From Sulfolobales archaeon (lineage in GTDB: Archaea; Thermoproteota; Thermoprotei_A; Sulfolobales; NBVN01): a stretch of DNA of 24,000 nt. The stretch covers positions 72,784 to 96,783 of the forward strand of contig JAOAKA010000003.1 in NCBI GenBank assembly GCA_026413885.1, given 5' to 3'. Of the stretch, positions 15,174 to 23,875 are shown one piece after another; position 1 is the first letter of the stretch, and every line of letters begins with the position of its first letter. The translations under genes were made by a program, and so were the position numbers. The notes below the pieces were generated by a model. That model did no database searches, was not told the origin of the DNA, and saw nothing but the letters and a program-made list of their open reading frames with translations.

Positions 15174-16082
15174 TTGTTTTTAGTCTCGGTAGTGTTCGGT
15201 GTCTTCGTGGTTGTGAGGACTGAGGTTTTGCTTAAGTGGTTGAGGGTTTTGAGGTCTCTTGCTGAGGGCTACCCGGTTGAGTCTGAGTTGAGGGGTTGGT
15301 CCTGGCAGTTCCCACCGGTTAGGCCGAGGTCCTATCTGGGGCTAGCGGTTCAGGACGCGGCTTCCTACTGTCCGACGAAGCGCGATGTCTGGTTGAGGAG
15401 AGTTGCCGGTGTTAGAGTTCAGCCTACACCCTCTATGAAGCTGGGTTCAGTTGTTCACGATGTAGTATTCTCAGTTGTATCTGTAGTTAGGAAGTACGTT
15501 AGTGTGGGTTTAGACTTCGAGAAGCTCTCTAGAGCTATCGGTAGAGCTATTGAGTTAAAGAGTCGTGAGTGTCCTTCAGATGAGTGTGTTAAGATAGCTA
15601 GGAGCATCGGGTGGCTGACGTACTACACAGCTACCTCAGAGTGGCTTTGGTCGAGTAGTGGGGTGATACCGACACCGGCAACAGCAGCTCTCAGTGAGGT
15701 GAGAGTTGATGGGTCACCGATAGGGTTGAGCAGCAGCTTGAGAATAGACTCACTACCGATTCCAAACGTAGTTGTCGATATAAAGACAGGTAGGAAAACC
15801 GAGGTACACGAACTATCGCTAGCAGCATACGCACTAGCTCTCGAATCAACACTAGAAACACCGGTAGACTTCGGGATACTGGTCTACGTATGGTGGAATA
15901 GCAGCCTACAGGTAGATATAAGAGGGGTTTACATAGGTCCAGACTTAAGAAGGGTTTTTCTAGACTCGAGAGATGAGGCTATAGACATCGTGCTATCGAG
16001 AAGAGAACCACCGAAAGCAGCTGAGTGCCCTCAGACATGTCCATACCTAGAGGTATGTGAACATGAAAATACTCGTAGTTAG
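15174..16082 (+). CDS. csa1: Csa1 (Cas4-like RecB-family nuclease of type I-A adaptation modules)
   Basis: ORF-track coordinates. One N-terminal Cys (SYCPTKRD), DIKTG(RK) nuclease motif, C-terminal Cys cluster CPQTCPYLEVC. Position is first in a csa1-cas1-cas2-cas4 operon. The true start is probably GTG 15207 or 15213, because the first 11 codons are T-rich and hydrophobic and lie under a TATA-like box. Confidence 0.85.
   Translation: MFLVSVVFGVFVVVRTEVLLKWLRVLRSLAEGYPVESELRGWSWQFPPVRPRSYLGLAVQDAASYCPTKRDVWLRRVAGVRVQPTPSMKLGSVVHDVVFSVVSVVRKYVSVGLDFEKLSRAIGRAIELKSRECPSDECVKIARSIGWLTYYTATSEWLWSSSGVIPTPATAALSEVRVDGSPIGLSSSLRIDSLPIPNVVVDIKTGRKTEVHELSLAAYALALESTLETPVDFGILVYVWWNSSLQVDIRGVYIGPDLRRVFLDSRDEAIDIVLSRREPPKAAECPQTCPYLEVCEHENTRS
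15176..15182 (+). promoter_or_regulatory. Candidate TATA box (GTTTTTA) for a leaderless csa1 transcript
   Basis: Centred about 28 nt upstream of the in-frame GTG codons at 15207 and 15213. The same heptamer occurs three times in the leader. Confidence 0.3.
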
Positions 16083-17049
16083 CGGATACGGAGTGAAGAT
16101 ATCGGTTAAGAAAGACTCTATAGTGTTGAAAACTAGGGAGGGAACTAGTAATATATCTCTAAGTGAAGTAGACTGTGTTACAGTAACTACCTCGGGAGTC
16201 TCCATAACGTCTAAAGCTATAAGGTACTTCACGAAGCTGGGGGTAATGCTAGTACTTCTAGACTCGAGAGGAATGCCCGCAGCAGTACTCCACCACCCAT
16301 TCACAACTAGAACAGTAAGCACTAGAAGAGCTCAGTATGAAGCTCTCCACAGCGGTAGAGCTGAGGAAGTTGTTAAAGCAGTAGCAGTTTCTAAGCTGGG
16401 AAATCAAGCAGGACTTCTGAGAAAACTGAGGAGAGAACTGAGAGTTAGTGAGCTAGCTGAAGTAGAGCAAAAAATACTGGAGCTAGCTAGTAGTGTAGCT
16501 AAAATCAAAAATAAGACATTGAGTGAGCTAAGAACTGAGGTGATAAATACTGAAGCCACATCTGCGAGACACTACTGGTCAGCTCTAGCTTCAGTACTAC
16601 CGAAGGACCTGGGGTTCGACGGCAGAGATCAGGAGGGCTGTGACGTAGTTAACTGCGCTCTCAACTACGGCTACGGAATTCTGTACTCAGCTATTTGGAG
16701 GTACCTATCGATACACGGTCTAGACCCTTACGCAGGATTTCTCCACGCAGATAGGTCTGGGAAACCTGTTCTAACATTCGATGTAGTAGAGGTATTTAGA
16801 GTACCAGCGGTAGACTTCCCGGTCGTTAGAGCTTTAAGACAGGGTGTGAAACTCGAAGTAAGAAACTGCCTTCTAGACCGCGAGTCTAGAGCTAGAGTAG
16901 TCTCGCTAGCAGCTAGAGCTATGAGAGAAAAATACTCTGCGTATGGAGAGGTGAGAGAGCTAGAGAGCTGGGTAAGTAATTTCACGTCATCACTAGCTTC
17001 CTACCTTAGAGGTGAGGTCCAGCTGAAGCCTCTAGTATTTAGGTGGTAG
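16057..17049 (+). CDS. cas1: Cas1 integrase
   Basis: 330 aa. Typical N-terminus (MKILVVSGYGVKISVKKDSIVLK), ALNYGYGILYS, and DPYAGFLHADRSGKPVLTFDVVEVFR with the conserved His/Asp. ATG 16063 is the more likely start. Confidence 0.95.
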   Translation: MNMKILVVSGYGVKISVKKDSIVLKTREGTSNISLSEVDCVTVTTSGVSITSKAIRYFTKLGVMLVLLDSRGMPAAVLHHPFTTRTVSTRRAQYEALHSGRAEEVVKAVAVSKLGNQAGLLRKLRRELRVSELAEVEQKILELASSVAKIKNKTLSELRTEVINTEATSARHYWSALASVLPKDLGFDGRDQEGCDVVNCALNYGYGILYSAIWRYLSIHGLDPYAGFLHADRSGKPVLTFDVVEVFRVPAVDFPVVRALRQGVKLEVRNCLLDRESRARVVSLAARAMREKYSAYGEVRELESWVSNFTSSLASYLRGEVQLKPLVFRW

Positions 17050-17342
17050 CTGTGAGAGTCCTCGTAGTGTACGATATATCAGATAACTTCATTAGAGAGG
17101 AATTCGCTAGAAAGCTGAAGCAGTTAGGGCTGGAGAGAATTCAGAGATCGTGTTTTCTAGGTAGAGGTGGTGTAGAGCTAGTGAAAACAGTGATTAGAGC
17201 TGCTGAGAGAACTGTGGAGGTAGGGAGAGACGTAGTTCACGTATTCCTCCTCGACGAGTACAGCTTTAAAAATATGAAGCACGTAGGCAGGCCCTTCAAC
17301 TGGAGGAGAGTCGAGGGAGTTGATTACGTTGGTGACTACTGA
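17043..17342 (+). CDS. cas2: Cas2
   Basis: 99 aa. The VLVVYDISDN... ferredoxin-fold N-terminus is typical of Cas2. It overlaps the cas1 stop. GTG 17052 is an alternative start. Confidence 0.9.
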   Translation: MVAVRVLVVYDISDNFIREEFARKLKQLGLERIQRSCFLGRGGVELVKTVIRAAERTVEVGRDVVHVFLLDEYSFKNMKHVGRPFNWRRVEGVDYVGDY

Positions 17343-17880
17343 ACGTAGATATGTAACATCCTGGGATGTAAAGGAGTACGTTTACTGTCCAGTGATAGTC
17401 TGGATTAAACACGTATTAAACGTAGAGGAACCACCGGACTTCAACATGATCTTCGGGAGTTCTAAAGTATACCGCCAAGATATTCTGGAGAGAGTGGGTC
17501 TACCGAAGCCCTGGTCTTTCGAGGTCTCCCTCAGAAACTCGTCTAGAGGTATTGCGGGAGTTGTAGATGTTATTGGAGGCTGTAGTAGATATGAGGTAGT
17601 AGAGCTTAAAGCATTTCGGAGGTGGAGCTACAGTCACTTCAGAATTCAGCTAATGTTTTACGCATACTTAGTATCTACTACAGTAGGACCAGTTACTAGA
17701 GCCCACCTAGTTCTCGAAGACAGAGTGAGAACTTACTCAGTGAATAACCACGCTATAAGAGATGTCGAGTGGGTTATTGAGAGAGTTAGAGAGATCAGAG
17801 ATTCTGAGAAACCTCCGCAGGTGCTTCAGAGTAGAAAGTGTCGCTTGTGTTGGTATAGAAGGTACTGCCCTAGTGTTTGA
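17320..17880 (+). CDS. cas4: Cas4 (RecB-like exonuclease with Fe-S cysteines)
   Basis: 186 aa. N-terminal Cys (YVYCPV), D...E.K nuclease core (VVDVIGG...YEVVELKAF), QLMFYAYL, and C-terminal C-x2-C-x5-C (CRLCWYRRYC). The start is uncertain (TTG 17320 or GTG 17332). Confidence 0.9.
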   Translation: MITLVTTERRYVTSWDVKEYVYCPVIVWIKHVLNVEEPPDFNMIFGSSKVYRQDILERVGLPKPWSFEVSLRNSSRGIAGVVDVIGGCSRYEVVELKAFRRWSYSHFRIQLMFYAYLVSTTVGPVTRAHLVLEDRVRTYSVNNHAIRDVEWVIERVREIRDSEKPPQVLQSRKCRLCWYRRYCPSV

Positions 17881-17885
17881 GGTGT

Positions 17886-17895
17886 GTTTATATGT
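17886..17895 (+). promoter_or_regulatory. TATA-like box (GTTTATATGT) for csa3
   Basis: Centred about 33 nt upstream of the csa3 ATG at 17923, in the 42-nt gap after cas4. This implies csa3-cas6 can be transcribed independently with a very short 5' UTR. Confidence 0.45.
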
Positions 17896-17922
17896 ATTGC
17901 TTAGAGAGTTCTGTGGAGACTT

Positions 17923-18561
17923 ATGGGGAGAGTATTCATAATGCCGCTAGGTTTTCACGAAGATAGAGCTATGAGGATGTTCATAGAGAACTCAGTTACT
18001 GAGAGAGACAGAGTCTACATAATAACTGCGAATAAGACTCTGTCGGTTGTGAGAGCCTATGAGTCACTAGTTGCTTTTTGCAGAAAAATAAGACTCCCAG
18101 ATCCAGAGCTCGTTGAAGTACCTATGGATTTATCCGGCGGTATTAGCAGGATTCTGCAGATCTTGAGGGAGACTGATGGAGAGGTCGTTGTAGATTTATC
18201 GAGAGGTATGAGGTACCTCATAGTGTACACTCTAATCGCACTGCTTCTATCTAATCGAACAGCAACGATACACATACAGCCGGAGAGTGGTGAAGCTACT
18301 GAGATAGTGATTCCAAAGCAGCTTCTTGAAGTTGCTAGAAACCCTCCGAGAGGTTTATACATTGAAATACTGAGAGTAGTTAGCGAGAGTGAGGGAGCTT
18401 CAGTAGAGGAGATATCGAGAGCACTAGGTAAGTCTGCTAAGACAGTCACTAACTGTCTTACAAAACTCGGTAAGCTCAAGCTGGTCTCGAGGAGGGGAAG
18501 AGAGAGAGGCATCTACTTAACCGATCTCGGTAAGTTGGTGCTAACACTTACCGGTGGTTAA
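17923..18561 (+). CDS. csa3: Csa3-type CRISPR-associated transcriptional regulator (CARF domain + winged HTH)
   Basis: 212 aa. The N-terminal Rossmann-like start VFIMPLGFHEDRAMR is typical of Csa3 CARF domains. The C-terminal wHTH is EILRVVSESEGASVEEISRALGKSAKTVTNCLTKLGKLKLVSRR. Confidence 0.85.
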   Translation: MGRVFIMPLGFHEDRAMRMFIENSVTERDRVYIITANKTLSVVRAYESLVAFCRKIRLPDPELVEVPMDLSGGISRILQILRETDGEVVVDLSRGMRYLIVYTLIALLLSNRTATIHIQPESGEATEIVIPKQLLEVARNPPRGLYIEILRVVSESEGASVEEISRALGKSAKTVTNCLTKLGKLKLVSRRGRERGIYLTDLGKLVLTLTGG

Positions 18562-19471
18562 AATGATGGTGCAGGTAGTTAAGATAGGTGTTACACCTAC
18601 TGCGGACTGTGTAGCTCCACCGGCTACTTCTAAAATAATGAAGTACTGCTTTGGAGAAGCTATACCTAGAAAGATCTCCAGTAGCATCGTCAATGTATCT
18701 ATCTCAATGCTCTTTGAAGGACGTAGAGCACTGTACTCTACAGAAGGAAAAAAGAGTCCGGTAGTGCTGAAAGCCGGTAAGACATATTCCGGTAGAGTGA
18801 CTATCGTAGATTCTTCAACAGAGTTCATAGAGAGAGTCAATAAGCTGGGACTAGACTCGTTTGTGTGTGATTCTGTCTACGGAGTATTTCACATATCGAT
18901 CTCGGAAATCGAGGTGACACCACTAGAGAAAGTCGACATGGAACTCCCCAAAGTGTTTAAAGTAGTATTCAACACCCCGACAATACTGAACTCCAAGCTT
19001 ATGTCACCCCCACCACTAGCTGATAAAGTAGCAGCAACACATAAGCTAATTCCTCAGCCATCCTTTATCTTCTCACACCTCCTCAGATTCTGGAATACCT
19101 ACGCACCACCAGAGCATAAGCTGGGAAAACCTAGTGAGTGGGCGCCCTACTTACTCGGAAGAATGGCTGACATATCTCTAGTAGAGCTAGACTACAGAGT
19201 TAGAGCTGTGACTGCGATAGTAGGTAAAGACGACAGAGGGAGGCTCAGAAAGTCTAGAGGCTTCGTAGGCTGGGTAATATACGAATCGAAAGCCAATAAA
19301 AAACTCCACAGCATAGTATCTAAACTACTAGCACTAGCATCGCTCGTAGGCGTGGGAAGGTCTAGAGGAATAGGGTTTGGACACGTCTCTATAGAGATTC
19401 CGAGTAAACCTGTTGAAGAGCGAGAGTCCCCATCTGAAAACAGAGCAGATGCAGTGGCTAGAAAGCTGTGA
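18554..19471 (+). CDS. cas6: Cas6 crRNA-processing endoribonuclease
   Basis: 305 aa in the ORF track; ATG 18563 or 18566 is the more likely start, just after the csa3 stop. It has the C-terminal glycine-rich Cas6 loop GVGRSRGIGFGHVSIE and sits in a cas context. Confidence 0.85.
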   Translation: MVKMMVQVVKIGVTPTADCVAPPATSKIMKYCFGEAIPRKISSSIVNVSISMLFEGRRALYSTEGKKSPVVLKAGKTYSGRVTIVDSSTEFIERVNKLGLDSFVCDSVYGVFHISISEIEVTPLEKVDMELPKVFKVVFNTPTILNSKLMSPPPLADKVAATHKLIPQPSFIFSHLLRFWNTYAPPEHKLGKPSEWAPYLLGRMADISLVELDYRVRAVTAIVGKDDRGRLRKSRGFVGWVIYESKANKKLHSIVSKLLALASLVGVGRSRGIGFGHVSIEIPSKPVEERESPSENRADAVARKL

Positions 19472-19500
19472 GTAGTTAGCTAAGTGTGTGGTAAAGATAG

Positions 19501-19585
19501 CGCCGGGGGCGGGATTCGAACCCGCGTGGGCTGTTGGCCCACCGGCTCTCCAGGCCGGCCCCTTAGACCGCTCGGGCACCCCGGC
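19501..19585 (-). tRNA. tRNA-Ser (anticodon GGA), class II with long variable arm, no intron, CCA not encoded
   Basis: Hand-folded from GCCGGGGTGCCCGAGCGGTCTAAGGGGCCGGCCTGGAGAGCCGGTGGGCCAACAGCCCACGCGGGTTCGAATCCCGCCCCCGGCG. The 7-bp acceptor stem is GCCGGGG/CCCCGGC. The anticodon stem is CCGGC/GCCGG with loop CTGGAGA. The variable arm is GGGC-CAACA-GCCC. The T arm is GCGGG-TTCGAAT-CCCGC. Confidence 0.93.
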
Positions 19586-19608
19586 TCCTTGTTGCTCTGG
19601 TTTTGTGG

Positions 19609-19617
19609 TATAAAAAT
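19609..19617 (-). promoter_or_regulatory. TATA box for tRNA-Ser
   Basis: ATTTTTATA on the minus strand, preceded by AAAG (BRE-like), centred about 28 nt upstream of the tRNA 5' end. Confidence 0.45.
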
Positions 19618-19632
19618 CTTTAGTGTATAGCT

Positions 19633-19941
19633 TTATTTTAATACCTCTATCTCTATGTATACGTCGTCCGGCACTCTTATCCTCATTATCTGCCTCATGA
19701 ATTTCTCGTCTGCTTCTACATCTATGAGTCTTTTATGGACCCTCATCTCCCATTTTTCATATACTTTAGTTCCCTCTCCGTGCGGCGGCACTAGGACTGG
19801 TACAACCATTTTCTTAGTCGGTAGTGGTACGGGGCCCGAGATCTTTATTCCGAGTTTTTTAGCGTGATCTACTATCTGCTCAGCTACCTGATTTAGGTGA
19901 GATACGTTTACACTCCACAATCTTATTCTTACTTTAGCCAT
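19633..19941 (-). CDS. rps10: 30S ribosomal protein S10 (uS10)
   Basis: 102 aa. [10 protein letters not shown]...[11 protein letters not shown]...HKRLIDV is a clear S10 sequence. It is immediately downstream of EF-1alpha. Confidence 0.95.
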   Translation of the reverse strand: MAKVRIRLWSVNVSHLNQVAEQIVDHAKKLGIKISGPVPLPTKKMVVPVLVPPHGEGTKVYEKWEMRVHKRLIDVEADEKFMRQIMRIRVPDDVYIEIEVLK

Positions 19942-19969
19942 CGGTAGCTACCCAATGAAATAGGGGTCT

Positions 19970-21289
19970 CTAAGCTTTCAACTCTACTTTAGCTGCTACT
20001 AGGTCGACGATCGTGCCTATACCGACAGTCTTACCCATATCTCTCATAGCGAATCTTCCGAGCTGTGGAAACTCACTGTATTTCTCAATAACCATCGGCT
20101 TAATTGGTTTGAATCTAACTAGAGCTGACTCACCAGCCTTAATGAACTGTGGATTCTTCTCAACTATCTGACCTGTCTTCGGGTCTAATCTACCGACTAT
20201 CTCAACGATCTTAGCGGCGATAGATGCTGTATGTGCGTGAATTACCGGTGTGTAGCCTACGTGTATAGCGGATGGGTGCCACATAACGAAGATTCTAGCA
20301 GTAAACTCTTCAACAACAGTTGGTGGTTTCTCCGGGTGGCCGACTACGTCACCTCTCTTAACCTGCTCTTTTGAGACACCTCTAACGTTTAGTCCTACGT
20401 TATCTCCCGGCAGAGCTTCATCAAGTCTCTCGTAGTGCATCTCGATAGATCTAACGTCACCAACGACACCGGGCGGCATGAAGACTACTTTATCACCAAT
20501 TCTAAGTCTACCTGTCTCCACCCTACCAACAGGTACCGTACCGACACCTGAGATACTGTATACCTCCTGAATCGGTAGTCTGAGAGGTTTATCGACTGGT
20601 TTAGGTGGTTCTTTAGACATATCTAGAGCTTGAACTATTGTTGGGCCTTTATACCAAGGCATTCGAGTTGATTGATTCATAACATTGTCTCCAAACCAGC
20701 CGGAGACCGGCACAAAGGGTATTTCATCAACTCTGTAGCCGAGAGTTCTCAGGAACTTCTTTAAGACATCTACTACCTGCTTATACCTGGCTTCACTCCA
20801 GGACGGGTCTGTTATATCCATCTTAGTTATAGCTACAACTAAGTTCTCAATACCCATAGTTCTAGCGAGAATTGCGTGCTCACGAGTTTGACCCTCAGGA
20901 CTCATACCTGCTTCAAACTCACCTGTTTTAGCTGAGACTACTAGTAGAGCAGCATCTGCTTGACTAGTCCCCGTGATCATGTTTTTAACGAAGTCTCTGT
21001 GTCCGGGGGCGTCAATGATTGTCCAGTAGTACTTAGGTGTCTCGAACTTCATGAATGAAAGAGCTATGGTCAACCCTCTCTCTCTTTCCTCCTTTAGTCT
21101 ATCTAGGAACCAAGCAAACTTCTCAGACTCCTTACCAGCCTTCTTAGCAGCTTCCTCAACTTCTTTAGCTGTCTTCGGGTCGATCGCTCCCAGTAGTAAG
21201 AGCATGTGTCCTACTAGAGTACTCTTGCCATGGTCTACGTGCCCGATTACCACCAGATTCATGTGGGGTTTAGTCGGTCTTCTACTCAT
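19970..21289 (-). CDS. tuf: Translation elongation factor EF-1alpha (aEF1A)
   Basis: 439 aa. G-domain motifs GHVDHGKST, DAPGHRDF and an NKMD-equivalent (ITKMD). It carries the eocyte-type insertion GEFEAGMSPEGQTREH. Confidence 0.98.
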   Translation of the reverse strand: MSRRPTKPHMNLVVIGHVDHGKSTLVGHMLLLLGAIDPKTAKEVEEAAKKAGKESEKFAWFLDRLKEERERGLTIALSFMKFETPKYYWTIIDAPGHRDFVKNMITGTSQADAALLVVSAKTGEFEAGMSPEGQTREHAILARTMGIENLVVAITKMDITDPSWSEARYKQVVDVLKKFLRTLGYRVDEIPFVPVSGWFGDNVMNQSTRMPWYKGPTIVQALDMSKEPPKPVDKPLRLPIQEVYSISGVGTVPVGRVETGRLRIGDKVVFMPPGVVGDVRSIEMHYERLDEALPGDNVGLNVRGVSKEQVKRGDVVGHPEKPPTVVEEFTARIFVMWHPSAIHVGYTPVIHAHTASIAAKIVEIVGRLDPKTGQIVEKNPQFIKAGESALVRFKPIKPMVIEKYSEFPQLGRFAMRDMGKTVGIGTIVDLVAAKVELKA

Positions 21290-21410
21290 CTACTGCTCAC
21301 CCTGCACCTTTATCCTCCATCTTATCACCACAAAGTATATAAAGCTTACTTCCAATCCGCTCGGTCTAGCTGCGATAAATCTAGCTATATATAGTGAGAG
21401 TGTTGGAGGG

Positions 21411-22484
21411 CTAGCTCTTTAGCTTCTGGAGACTTACTTCGAGAGGTTTTTCAGCAACACCTTTCTCAGTAATTACAGCAGATACGAGTTCTGGAGGGGT
21501 TATATCGAAAGCTGGATTGAGTACACGTACTGTTGGAATAGTTATGTAGAGCTTCGATAGAACTGTTCTAACCTCGTCTGGATTTCTCTCCTCTATAACT
21601 ACTTCCTCTATTCTACTGCTGAAGTCTATAGTTGAAGTTGGAGCTGCGACGTAGAAAGGTATTCTATGTCTATCAGCTAGAGCGGCTATAGTGTAGGTAC
21701 CTATCTTATTTATGATGTAGCCGGGTAGTACTATTCTATCAGCACCTACAATAACCTTTGAAACCAGTCTCTTACTCATAATATAGCCGACCATGCTATC
21801 TGTAATTAACTTCACCGGTATTCCCTCCTTCGTGAGCTCCCATACATTTAATCTAGCGCCTTGAAGCATAGGTCTGGTCTCGGTAGTTATAACCTCGATC
21901 TTCTTACCGGCCCACCACGCAGCTCTAATAACACCGAGAGCTGTTCCAATAGCTACAGTTGCTAGAGCGCCTGCGTTACAGTGAGTCAGCACTATATCGC
22001 CGTCCTCTATGAGTCTCGCACCTACTTCAGCAATCCTCCTATTTATCTCTACGTCTTCTTCATATATTCTGAGAGCTTCTCTTACTACAGCATCTCTAAG
22101 TTCGCTAGAGCTTGTGTAACTCGCTCTAATAACAGACTCAACCCTCTTTAAAGCCCAGAAGAGGTTTACCGCAGTAGGTCTAGTCCTCTCCATCCTCCTA
22201 ACTACCCGCAGTAGGTCCTGCCTCAGTTTCTCTACGTCTTCACCTCTGGACTTCGTGGCTGCTAGAGCTACTCCTAGTGCTGCTGCTACTCCTATAGCTG
22301 GTGCTCCTCTAATCTCCATTCTCTCTATAGCTATAGCCACTCTCTCCGGGTCTTCAGTCTCTACTATCTCCTCTTCCCAAGGGATCTTGAGGGTATTGAT
22401 CCATCTAACTCTATCACCAACCCACTCAATAGACTTCAACATATCGACACTTAACATACTATGTAAATATACGCTAATAAGCAC
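21411..22484 (-). CDS. mtnA: eIF-2B alpha/beta/delta-family isomerase, MtnA-like (5-methylthioribose-1-phosphate isomerase type)
   Basis: RGAPAIGVAAALGVALA, active-site THCNAGALAT, ETRPMLQGARL and VGADRI. The true start is probably the internal Met at 22442 (MLKSIEW...). The gene symbol is tentative. Confidence 0.8.
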   Translation of the reverse strand: MLISVYLHSMLSVDMLKSIEWVGDRVRWINTLKIPWEEEIVETEDPERVAIAIERMEIRGAPAIGVAAALGVALAATKSRGEDVEKLRQDLLRVVRRMERTRPTAVNLFWALKRVESVIRASYTSSSELRDAVVREALRIYEEDVEINRRIAEVGARLIEDGDIVLTHCNAGALATVAIGTALGVIRAAWWAGKKIEVITTETRPMLQGARLNVWELTKEGIPVKLITDSMVGYIMSKRLVSKVIVGADRIVLPGYIINKIGTYTIAALADRHRIPFYVAAPTSTIDFSSRIEEVVIEERNPDEVRTVLSKLYITIPTVRVLNPAFDITPPELVSAVITEKGVAEKPLEVSLQKLKS

Positions 22485-22570
22485 CTCCTATGGACTCAAT
22501 ACAGCGTATAGATAGAACACATATAGCTGCGGAATAGGTAGCTCTAGAATTAGCTAACTGGTTATTTATT

Positions 22571-22948
22571 GTGGAGACAGATACGTATCTGGGGGGTGAA
22601 GTGGAGGTTAAAAAAGCTGGTGGGATATTCTACGTAAAGCTAGATGATGGAAGTAAGGCATACGTAGCTACTGAAACCGGGAGTGGTGTAGTGAAGATAT
22701 TGGAGACATACGTACCGGATAAGTACCGAGGCAGAGGCTACGCTAGAATACTTACTGAGAAAGTCATTGAATACGCTAGAAGCAACAACCTGAAGATACT
22801 TCCCGTCTGTAGCTACGCTATAGGCTACTTCATGAAGAATAAGGAGTTAAGAGACATACTAGTAGATGAAGTTAAAAATCTCTCAGAGGATGAGTGGGGA
22901 AGACTCTATGAAGAGAGAGTTCGAGAAGAAGCTAGAAAGAGAGCTTAG
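22571..22948 (+). CDS. Small GNAT-fold N-acetyltransferase (YjdJ-like)
   Basis: 125 aa. YVPDKYRGRGYARILTEKVIEYARSNNLKILPVCSYAIGYF matches the short GNAT family with a conserved P.CS(Y/F) motif. The start is uncertain (GTG 22571 or GTG 22601). Confidence 0.7.
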   Translation: METDTYLGGEVEVKKAGGIFYVKLDDGSKAYVATETGSGVVKILETYVPDKYRGRGYARILTEKVIEYARSNNLKILPVCSYAIGYFMKNKELRDILVDEVKNLSEDEWGRLYEERVREEARKRA

Positions 22949-22982
22949 AGATCAAGTGCTGGTAGAAGTAGGGCTAGCCGAT

Positions 22983-23192
22983 TTACATGCCTAGTTTTAA
23001 TGCGTATCTGCCGGGCTTACTAATACCCATAAGCTTAGCTAGTCTAGACTTCTCTGGGTCGATTACGATTACTATTCCAGACCACGCTTCTGTAAACACA
23101 GCTGAGCCGCAGGACGGACATACCTCAACTTCGTGAGGTATCAGTAAGCGGCACTTAGAGCATGCTTTAAATGGTTTTCTCCTTCTACTCAC
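22983..23192 (-). CDS. spt4: Transcription elongation factor Spt4 (RNA polymerase subunit E'')
   Basis: 69 aa. Zinc ribbon CSKC-x11-CPSC, then W.G.V.VIDPEKS.LAK..GI..PG.YALK. It overlaps the upstream rpoE' gene by 8 nt, as is usual in archaea. Confidence 0.88.
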   Translation of the reverse strand: MSRRRKPFKACSKCRLLIPHEVEVCPSCGSAVFTEAWSGIVIVIDPEKSRLAKLMGISKPGRYALKLGM

Positions 23193-23721
23193 TGCTGCTC
23201 CCTGAAGCTATCTTACCTAATCCAGACTGTCTCATTGTGAGAGCTATTCTAATCATAGACGGTCTAGCTATAGATACAGCAGTTATTCTACCACGTACTA
23301 CATCTCCTTTAGATATCCTCAGCTTAGTTTCCTCGCCCTCGAGAACTCCTAGCTCTTCGTGGTAAACCATTCTATCGTCAGCTATCTGAGATACGTGAAC
23401 TAGAGCATCCATCGGGCCTATATTTACAAATATCCCAATGCGCTTCACATCAACAACAACTCCATCTACTACCTCGTTAACTATTGGGTAGAATGTCAGC
23501 AGCTCTAGAACTGCTCTATGGTATGTAGCTCCATCACCCGGCACGATGGTTCCCTCCGGTTCTACTTCGATATTTGTGATAGCTAGAATGAGTCCTAGAT
23601 CTGGGTGTAGACTGCCGACATATTTCTCACTAAGTACCTCACTAGCTGTTTTAACTATGTCTTCACCGAATCTACTGGGAGGTATCCTCACTACGTCTTC
23701 AACTACTACGAGTCTATACAT
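23185..23721 (-). CDS. rpoE: DNA-directed RNA polymerase subunit Rpo7 (E')
   Basis: 178 aa. N-terminus MYRLVVVEDVVRIPPSRFGED followed by an S1-like domain (VVDGVVVDVKRIGIFVNIGPMDALVHVSQI). Confidence 0.9.
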   Translation of the reverse strand: MYRLVVVEDVVRIPPSRFGEDIVKTASEVLSEKYVGSLHPDLGLILAITNIEVEPEGTIVPGDGATYHRAVLELLTFYPIVNEVVDGVVVDVKRIGIFVNIGPMDALVHVSQIADDRMVYHEELGVLEGEETKLRISKGDVVRGRITAVSIARPSMIRIALTMRQSGLGKIASGSSSE

Positions 23722-23875
23722 CTCTAGTCACTCAGTTCTCTATAAGTAAGTCTCGAAAAGTAGATATAAAAGCAGATGTCGGAGGCTTCGAATACTTAGG
23801 TGGTGAAGCATGTCGCGTGTTCTAAATCAGTAGCTATTTTTAGATTGAGTGCGGTGACTCTACTGGTGGTGCTAC

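Noticed and set aside
14965-15223. Two overlapping plus-strand ORFs in the leader / csa1 upstream region (14965..15168, 15026..15223)
   Set aside because: They lie in T/G-rich non-coding sequence and give F/C/V/L low-complexity products. They span the dyad repeats and overlap each other in different frames, and no family resemblance is seen.
16047-18840. Minus-strand ORFs 16047..16322, 16728..16985, 18057..18512, 18541..18840
   Set aside because: They are antisense to cas1, csa3 and cas6, which have clear family motifs. They are S/T/L-rich shadow ORFs.
19334-19579. 81-aa minus-strand ORF
   Set aside because: It overlaps the tRNA-Ser gene and the 3' end of cas6. Its G/P/A-rich translation derives from the tRNA sequence.
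19472-19585. Integrated-element scenario using tRNA-Ser as an att site
   Set aside because: I found no second copy of the tRNA 3' segment (GGGATTCGAACCC..) at the other side of the CRISPR-cas cassette, and no integrase gene in the window.
19655-23749. Plus-strand ORFs 19655..19867, 21051..21422, 22255..22515, 23171..23365, 23546..23749
   Set aside because: They are antisense to S10, EF-1alpha, the MtnA-like gene, spt4 and rpoE', all of which are securely identified.
643-23875. Scan of intergenic gaps (643-816, 6191-6457, 11013-11140, 21290-21410, 22485-22570, 23722-23875) for C/D-box sRNAs
   Set aside because: No RUGAUGA / CUGA box pairs were seen on either strand. Visual scanning is not sensitive, so absence is not proven.
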